Shown here piece by piece: positions 58,449 to 64,000 of a stretch of 64,000 nucleotides of DNA. The translations under genes and the position numbers were made by a program. The stretch is from Candidatus Omnitrophota bacterium (lineage in GTDB: Bacteria; Omnitrophota; Gorgyraeia; B26-G9): positions 12,580 to 76,579 of the forward strand of contig JAHITE010000125.1 in the NCBI GenBank assembly GCA_018817585.1, written 5' to 3'. Below the pieces are notes generated by a model. That model saw only the letters and a list, made by a program, of their open reading frames with translations, ran no database searches and had not been told where the DNA came from. How positions within the stretch are numbered: position 1 is the stretch's first letter; every line of letters begins with the position of its first letter.

Positions 58449-59738
58449 ATGGAAAAAAGAGAAAAATCACAACAACTCTATAAGCAAGCGCAGGAAATAA
58501 TGCCGGCAGGGGTTAATTCTCCGGTGCGCGCTTTTGGCGCGGTGGGCGGAGATCCAATTTTTATTAAAAAGGGCAAAGGTTCCAGGATTTACGATGTTGA
58601 TGGTAATTCGTATATTGATTATGTGTTAAGCTGGGGGCCTTTAATTTTAGGCCACGCGGAAAAACAGGTTATTGCCTATATAAAACAGGCTCTGAGCAAG
58701 GGGACAAGTTTTGGCGCGCCTACAGAGGCTGAGACAAACATAGCTCAGATGATTAAGCGGGCTTTTCCTAGTATGGAAAAAATGCGCTTGGTTAATTCCG
58801 GCACTGAAGCAACAATGAGCGCGATTCGTTTAGCGCGCGGATTTACTAAAAAAGATAAAATTATTAAGTTTGAAGGCTGCTATCATGGGCATACAGACAG
58901 TTTGTTGGTAAAAGCCGGCAGTGGAGCTGCTACTTTTGGTATTCCGACCAGCACAGGCATTCCTTATGAATTGACTAAAAATACAATTGTTTTGCCCTAT
59001 AATGATATTGATCAGGTTCGGGCAATTATCCGGTCTAGCCACAAACAGATCGCCGCGGTTATCTTAGAGCCGGTTTGCGGTAATATGGGTGTCGTGGTGC
59101 CCAAAGACAATTTTCTCGCGGATTTAAGGCAACTGACCAGAGAATATGACATACTGCTGATCTTTGATGAGGTTATGACTGGTTTTCGCTTTTGTTTTGG
59201 CGGAGCGCAGACAATATTTAAGATAAATCCCGATATTACTTGTTTGGGTAAGATTATTGGCGGCGGCTTACCGATTGGCGCTTATGGAGCCAGCCAGGAG
59301 ATAATGGATTGTGTTAGTCCTTTGGGTGGTATGTACCAGGCTGGAACATTGTCGGGAAATCCGATCGCTGTTGCTTGCGGATTAAAAACCCTGCAGATTT
59401 TACAAATAGTGGATTATAAAAAAATTATAACAATGACCGAAGCCTTATGTACAGCAATAGAAGCTATCGCGCGGGAAAATAAACTGGATTTAACAGTCAA
59501 TTATCTTGGCTCGATGTTTACTCTGTTTTTTACAAATAAAAAGGTGTTTAATTATCAGGATGCTTGTTCGTGTAATACAAAAAACTACGCGGCTTATTTT
59601 ACTCGTATGCTGGAATCAGGGGTATACTGTGCTCCCTCACAATTTGAGGCAAATTTTTTATCTTTCGCCCATGGTAAAAAGGATATAGAAGATACTATTC
59701 AAGCAGCCAAAAACGCCTTAACTAGTAAAGATGATTGA
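58449..59738 (+). CDS. hemL: glutamate-1-semialdehyde 2,1-aminomutase
   Basis: 429 aa; class-III aminotransferase fold, YDVDGNSYIDYV, PLP-lysine region GKIIGGGLPIGA. Confidence 0.95.
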   Translation: MEKREKSQQLYKQAQEIMPAGVNSPVRAFGAVGGDPIFIKKGKGSRIYDVDGNSYIDYVLSWGPLILGHAEKQVIAYIKQALSKGTSFGAPTEAETNIAQMIKRAFPSMEKMRLVNSGTEATMSAIRLARGFTKKDKIIKFEGCYHGHTDSLLVKAGSGAATFGIPTSTGIPYELTKNTIVLPYNDIDQVRAIIRSSHKQIAAVILEPVCGNMGVVVPKDNFLADLRQLTREYDILLIFDEVMTGFRFCFGGAQTIFKINPDITCLGKIIGGGLPIGAYGASQEIMDCVSPLGGMYQAGTLSGNPIAVACGLKTLQILQIVDYKKIITMTEALCTAIEAIARENKLDLTVNYLGSMFTLFFTNKKVFNYQDACSCNTKNYAAYFTRMLESGVYCAPSQFEANFLSFAHGKKDIEDTIQAAKNALTSKDD

Positions 59739-59766
59739 TTAATAGGTTCACAATGAGGTTTAATTT

Positions 59767-60003
59767 ATGTTTAGCATAGGAATGCCGGAATTAATTTTAG
59801 TTTTTGTGGTTGCCTTGCTGGTATTTGGGCCTAAAAAACTGCCAGAGATTGGTAGAATGTTGGGTAAAGCAATGCGTGAATTTAAAAAAGCCTCAGATGA
59901 TTTTAAAGAAGCTTTAAATCAAGAACCTCCGGAAGAAATAGTTAAAGAAGTGGAAGCTGCGTTAAAAGCGAATAAAGAAAAAGAAGGGGAGATCTATAAG
60001 TGA
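59767..60003 (+). CDS. tatA: twin-arginine translocase subunit TatA/B family
   Basis: 78 aa; [27 protein letters not shown] signature. Confidence 0.85.
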   Translation: MFSIGMPELILVFVVALLVFGPKKLPEIGRMLGKAMREFKKASDDFKEALNQEPPEEIVKEVEAALKANKEKEGEIYK

Positions 60004-60716
60004 AGAAAATTACTGATATGGATACTCCTCTTTCGCTTATGGACCATTTGGAGGAATTGCGCAATCGGATCCTTTTTTCTCTGGTTTTAATAATCAGCTG
60101 CACGGCATTGGTTTATAACTTTACTACAGAGATTATGAATATTTTAGTTCGTTCTGTGGGTAAATTGTATTTTATGGGTCCGGCCGAGGCTTTTTGGGTT
60201 AAAGTAAAATTAGCTTTTTTTATTGGATTATATTGCTCTTTGCCTTTTTTGTTCTATCAAATATGGAAATTCGTTGAGCTTGGCTTAAGGCGGGATGAGA
60301 AGAAACAAGTTTTACCTTTAACAATTTTCAGTTTTTTATTATTTACAATCGGCGCTTGCTTCTGTTATTTTTTCGTTATTCCTGTGGCAATAAAGTTTTT
60401 ACTTTCTTATGGCACAGAGACATTGATTCCCTTGATATCAGTGAGTAAGTATCTTTCATTTATTGGTTGTCTGGTGTTCGCGTTTGGCAGTACTTTTCAA
60501 CTACCTTTGGTTTTAATGTTTATGGCCAGAATCGGGATCGTTAACGCGCGATCATTATGTAAGTTCAGGCGTTTTGCTGTCTTGGGCAGTTTTATTGTCG
60601 GCGCGGCGCTTACACCGACTCCTGATATGGTTAATCAGACATTGCTGGCTTTGCCGATAATTGTGTTATATGAATTGAGTATATTGTTGATCAGAATTTT
60701 TGAAAGGAAGGGATAA
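60000..60716 (+). CDS. tatC: twin-arginine translocase subunit TatC
   Basis: 238 aa; six TM helices; [13 protein letters not shown]-terminus typical of TatC. Confidence 0.9.
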   Translation: MKKITDMDTPLSLMDHLEELRNRILFSLVLIISCTALVYNFTTEIMNILVRSVGKLYFMGPAEAFWVKVKLAFFIGLYCSLPFLFYQIWKFVELGLRRDEKKQVLPLTIFSFLLFTIGACFCYFFVIPVAIKFLLSYGTETLIPLISVSKYLSFIGCLVFAFGSTFQLPLVLMFMARIGIVNARSLCKFRRFAVLGSFIVGAALTPTPDMVNQTLLALPIIVLYELSILLIRIFERKG

Positions 60717-60897
60717 AATGGGAAGATTTGGCATGCCGGAATTAGTATTGATATTATTTATTCTATTACTTTTGTTTGGGGCAAGTAAACTGCCGGAAAT
60801 AGCCCGTTCAATGGGGCAGAGCATTAATGAATTTAAGAAAACAATGAATGCTAAGGAAGATAAAGGCAAGGCTGATAAATCAGAAGAACAAAAGTAG
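60700..60897 (+). CDS. second TatA/E-family subunit
   Basis: 65 aa; MGRFGMPELVLILFILLLLFGASKLPE. Confidence 0.85.
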   Translation: MKGRDKMGRFGMPELVLILFILLLLFGASKLPEIARSMGQSINEFKKTMNAKEDKGKADKSEEQK

Positions 60898-61007
60898 TTT
60901 TTACCAAGGTATTGAGTGTGAATAAAGCGTAATTCTTTTTGGCTGGGAAATTAATGAGTCGCGAAGACACTGGCTTTAACTTAAAATAGAGCAGCTATAA
61001 TTAATAA

Positions 61008-61041
61008 AAAAGAGACATTAAATCAATAATGTCTCTTTTTA
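61008..61041. terminator. bidirectional intrinsic terminator between convergent genes
   Basis: AAAAAGAGACATT-aaatcaat-AATGTCTCTTTTT, with A/T runs on both sides. Confidence 0.7.
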
Positions 61042-61060
61042 TATGCTCAAAATGATTAAA

Positions 61061-61579
61061 TTACCAGGCAAAGTTGCTGTTTTTTTCAGTTGCTTGTTTT
61101 TTCTGATCCTTAGAATTTTTCTTTGCTTCTGGTTCTGGTTTCTTTTTTATTGTATTTTGTTTAAGCTGTTCAAGTTCTTGGTTTAAGCTAAGCTCTTTTT
61201 CTTTTAGTCGAACTAACTCTTCACCGAGTATTGTATTAGTATCTTTTAATTCCTCTAATGTTTTACTGCTTTGATTATGGCCTTCTTTGGTGATTTGCAG
61301 CTTAGAGCGTAATTCTTCTTTTGCTTTTTCTTCTTCTTTTAGATTATTTTTTAATTCGTATTCTTTTTGCTGTAAGCTTGCGATTTTATTCTGAATGCTT
61401 TTAAGATTATTAGTGATAACCGTGTTCGCTAAAGTTAGTTTTTCCAGTTTCGCATTAAGCTCTTTACTTTTTTCTAATTCAACTCGTTTTCTGGAATTAG
61501 CTCCTGCTGCCCATAAAACACAGATAATTGTACTTAAAAGAAGCAGAAGAACAAGCTTCCGGAGCATTGATTCTTTCAT
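61061..61579 (-). CDS. secreted coiled-coil protein of unknown function
   Basis: 172 aa; signal peptide then heptad-rich Lys/Glu/Leu sequence. Confidence 0.45.
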   Translation of the reverse strand: MKESMLRKLVLLLLLSTIICVLWAAGANSRKRVELEKSKELNAKLEKLTLANTVITNNLKSIQNKIASLQQKEYELKNNLKEEEKAKEELRSKLQITKEGHNQSSKTLEELKDTNTILGEELVRLKEKELSLNQELEQLKQNTIKKKPEPEAKKNSKDQKKQATEKNSNFAW

Positions 61580-61582
61580 TTT

Positions 61583-62230
61583 TTATTTCATAGCTCCGCT
61601 CTGTTGCCCAGATTTCTTTTTAATGATTTTCTCTGGTAAAATAGTAATTTCTACGCGTCTGTTTTGTTCCCGGTCTACTTTGCTGTCATTGGATGCTACT
61701 GGCCGAAATTCCCCATAGCCAACAGCGGATAAACGTCTGGGATCAATATCTCTATTGTCTACAAGATAGTGCAGTACGCTTGTTGCCCGGGCAGTGGAAA
61801 GTTCCCAGTTTGATTTCCAATTAGATTGTTTGATCGGCTGATTATCAGTGTGTCCTTCAATCGCGATATCCCGATTACTGACTTGATTATTTAATACCGT
61901 GGAAACTCTGTCCAATACAGAATAGGCTGATTTTCTTAATTCAGCTTTACCCGAATCAAATAATACTTCATCAACAAATGTGATTACCAGGCCTTTATTG
62001 AGCATTTCTACCCGGATTTGTTTTTCTTCGATTTCTTTTTTAAGCTGTTCGGCAAGTTCATTTCTGGCACGCTCTAATTGCTCTCGAGCTAATCTTTCCT
62101 GGGAAAGCTCTGAACTTAAATTATCAATTTTATCTAAGTCATTAGGATTTCTTTTTTGCAGAATGATTGAACAGCCGCAGAGACTAATTAATAATGGTAC
62201 TGCAATTAAATATTTCCATTTAGCAAACAT
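61583..62230 (-). CDS. OmpA-family peptidoglycan-associated lipoprotein (Pal/MotB-like C-domain)
   Basis: 215 aa; lipobox LISLCGCS; OmpA C-domain IEGHTDNQP...LSTARATSV...RRVEI. Confidence 0.8.
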   Translation of the reverse strand: MFAKWKYLIAVPLLISLCGCSIILQKRNPNDLDKIDNLSSELSQERLAREQLERARNELAEQLKKEIEEKQIRVEMLNKGLVITFVDEVLFDSGKAELRKSAYSVLDRVSTVLNNQVSNRDIAIEGHTDNQPIKQSNWKSNWELSTARATSVLHYLVDNRDIDPRRLSAVGYGEFRPVASNDSKVDREQNRRVEITILPEKIIKKKSGQQSGAMK

Positions 62231-62253
62231 ATATACCTCCTTAATTTTAATGA

Positions 62254-62742
62254 TTAATTAGAATTATTATTCTTAGTTTGATCAAGATATATTTTTAAAG
62301 CAGCCCAGGTTTTATTACCGACAATCCCATCAACTGTTAAATTATTTTCTTTTTGAAATTCCTGAATTGCTTTTTTTGTTTTTGGTCCGAGTTTCCCGTC
62401 AATATCTCCAATATCAAATCCCGCATTATGCAAGGCGTTTTGGACATCAATAATTCGATATCCTTTGGCCGCGAGATTAGCATCTTTACCTACAGCCGGT
62501 AATACCTCTGTGGGAGATACGCTAACTCTTGCCGCGGGTTCCGATTGATCTCCCATTAGCAGCTGCCTGTTAGCTTCAGGTTGACTTATTATTTCAATTT
62601 CCGGCAGAACATATCTTTCAGATTCTCTTTTTTTCGCGGCTTTTGGGCGTTTACTCATTGCTAGGGAATAAGGCGTAAAGCTGATTAATATAATTACCGC
62701 GAAAAAAAATATTAAAATATTAAAAAATAATTTTTTTTTCAA
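62254..62742 (-). CDS. secreted peptidoglycan-binding-domain (PG_binding_1) protein
   Basis: 162 aa; signal sequence; C-terminal LHNAGFDIGDIDGKLGPKTKKAIQEFQKENNLTVDGIVGNKTWAAL. Confidence 0.7.
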   Translation of the reverse strand: MKKKLFFNILIFFFAVIILISFTPYSLAMSKRPKAAKKRESERYVLPEIEIISQPEANRQLLMGDQSEPAARVSVSPTEVLPAVGKDANLAAKGYRIIDVQNALHNAGFDIGDIDGKLGPKTKKAIQEFQKENNLTVDGIVGNKTWAALKIYLDQTKNNNSN

Positions 62743-62850
62743 TTAAAGTCCCCTAGACTGTATGAATCAGAAAGTAATTAAATTCTATCATTTTTAAAAT
62801 TTAAAGTCAAGCATCGCGCTGTCCTTATTGCTAAGGATAGCGCTGCTTAA

Positions 62851-62934
62851 CTACGCGCCACGAGTAGGCTTACGTCCGTGGTTCGCTTTCTTTGATTTCC
62901 ACTTAAGCTTACCTTTTCTTGTTCTTTTTGCCAT
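62851..62934 (-). CDS. unannotated 27-aa highly basic protein, possibly ribosomal protein bTHX-like
   Basis: MAKRTRKGKLKWKSKKANHGRKPTRGA; RBS AGGTGA 6 nt upstream; hairpin downstream; KRTRKGKLKW resembles Thermus THX RRTRRGKIWRG (from memory). Confidence 0.4.
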   Translation of the reverse strand: MAKRTRKGKLKWKSKKANHGRKPTRGA

Positions 62935-63109
62935 TGCTTTTCACCTGCCTTTAATCTGTCCAAAGAGAGTTCCTTGGAATTTCTATTAACATTTAAACAT
63001 GTTTTGGCTTAAAATTGGCGCTAAACTTTATTTATTTTTACATATTCTTTACTATATTGAGACAAAAAAGCCAATTTGTCAATCTCGATTTTGAAAAACA
63101 TCTAATGTT

Positions 63110-64000
63110 TTATGTCGAAGCAGAAGCACTAAGCGAGTATTTAGAACGTTTGCCTTTTTTAAATAAATGATATCCCAGCACTCCGATCATCGCGGCATTA
63201 TCCAGACAAAGATGAATGTTCGGGAATAATACTTGAATATTTGCTTGTTTTCCTGCCGCTTGAAGCTGTTTTCGGAGAAAACTATTGCAGGCAACTCCGC
63301 CGCCTACTGATAAGCAATTAATATTATGTTTTTTACAGGCAGCGATGCTCTTGGTTACCAATATTTCCACTACTTGTTTTTGGAATGCGTGGGCAATTTG
63401 CGTTTTTGCTTTTTTATTTTTAATCTTTAATTTATTCCAAGTGTACAGAACATCAGTTTTTATGCCGCTAAAACTAAAATCAAAACTATTTTCCAGTTTA
63501 GCGCATTTTAGCTGAAAAGGAGAAAGACTGATGCTTGAGGCAAGTTTATCAATCTGCGGTCCGCCGGGATAAGGTAACTCCAATAATTTCGCGACTTTAT
63601 CATAAGCTTCTCCAGCCGCGTCATCGCGGGTATTTCCAATTATTTTAATATTATCAAAATCTTTTACCAGGGCTAAACTAGTATGTCCGCCGGAAACAGT
63701 TAATCCGATAAACGGAAATTGAAATTTTTTTTCCTGGATAAACGGCGCGAACATATGCGCGTGAATGTGATTGACCCCGAGAAACGGTTTATTGATTGCT
63801 AAGCTAATAGCTTTAGCAAAAGATAGTCCGACTAAAAGCGAACCAACCAGCCCAGGAGCATAAGTCGCGGCAATCAAATCAATATCCGATAGGTTTAGAT
63901 CAGCTTTTTTTAGCGCGTCTTCGACAACCAAAGTTATATATTCTAAATGAAAGCGAGAGGCTATTTCCGGTACAATGCCGCCGAATTTACGATGCATGTG
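63110..64000 (-). CDS. tsaD: tRNA N6-adenosine threonylcarbamoyltransferase TsaD (Kae1/Gcp), 5'-truncated by window edge
   Basis: HRKFGGIVPEIASRFH, GLTVSGGHT and C-terminal GGGVACNSFLR motifs; the N-terminus lies beyond position 64000. Confidence 0.9.
   Translation of the reverse strand, partial: HMHRKFGGIVPEIASRFHLEYITLVVEDALKKADLNLSDIDLIAATYAPGLVGSLLVGLSFAKAISLAINKPFLGVNHIHAHMFAPFIQEKKFQFPFIGLTVSGGHTSLALVKDFDNIKIIGNTRDDAAGEAYDKVAKLLELPYPGGPQIDKLASSISLSPFQLKCAKLENSFDFSFSGIKTDVLYTWNKLKIKNKKAKTQIAHAFQKQVVEILVTKSIAACKKHNINCLSVGGGVACNSFLRKQLQAAGKQANIQVLFPNIHLCLDNAAMIGVLGYHLFKKGKRSKYSLSASAST

Noticed and set aside
63285-63515. 76-aa + strand ORF inside tsaD.
   Set aside because: It is antisense to a well-supported TsaD coding region.
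1-64000. A CRISPR array.
   Set aside because: No series of regularly spaced identical direct repeats was seen anywhere in the window.

Overview
This 64-kb window is an AT-rich (roughly 36-38% GC) chromosomal segment from a diderm anaerobe. The diderm call rests on the LPS Kdo transferase, Tat export, OmpA/Pal-like lipoprotein and beta-barrel outer-membrane proteins; the anaerobe call rests on a periplasmic [NiFe] hydrogenase with tetraheme cytochrome c3, the Ahb-type alternative heme pathway and radical-SAM enzymes. Genes are dense and almost all on the + strand.

Recognisable content, in order:
- TsaE and TsaB, then alanine racemase.
- A type IV pilus-like cluster: two prepilin-type pseudopilins, a small membrane protein and two tandem paralogs of unknown function.
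- ilvD-ilvB-ilvN-pilT-ilvC-leuA, with a PilT retraction ATPase embedded in the operon.
- aroE-pilD-aroC, with a prepilin peptidase embedded.
- A DUF4416 protein, a polytopic membrane protein, a DUF523/TudS-like protein and a CDF metal transporter.
- era.
- A [NiFe] hydrogenase operon (small and large subunit, maturation protease) with a tetraheme cytochrome c3, then a highly expressed outer-membrane beta-barrel protein.
- A chemotaxis operon: a c-heme-containing MCP, cheW, cheY, cheC, cheD, cheB, cheA, a second cheC-like gene, and an unusual actin-like ATPase fused to tandem beta-grasp-like repeats.
- topA, xerC/D, kdtA, a TonB-dependent-receptor-like OMP, rlmN, a NYN-domain protein, a HI0933-family flavoprotein, a small beta-barrel OMP, an ICMT-family methyltransferase and recJ.
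- An accessory islet between recJ and yggT: a degraded dual-specificity-phosphatase gene, a 618-aa secreted protein with a protein-kinase-like catalytic-loop motif, and 770 bp of non-coding DNA.
- yggT, a trkH/ktrB K+ transporter, hemB with a radical-SAM AhbD-like gene and two AhbA/B-like genes, hemL, and tatA-tatC-tatA.
- On the minus strand: a coiled-coil secreted protein, an OmpA-family lipoprotein, a peptidoglycan-binding protein, an unannotated 27-aa basic protein that may be bTHX-like, and a partial tsaD.

The non-genic signals most worth attention:
- A roughly 125-nt element present three times (upstream of era, hemB and hemL) with two hairpins that show compensatory base changes between copies.
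- A roughly 65-bp GGAYGA direct-repeat element found at the 3' ends of two unrelated genes.
- Several long non-coding stretches with hairpins.

No CRISPR array, rRNA or tRNA was recognised. Everything here is read from the sequence and the supplied ORF track; no database searches were run.
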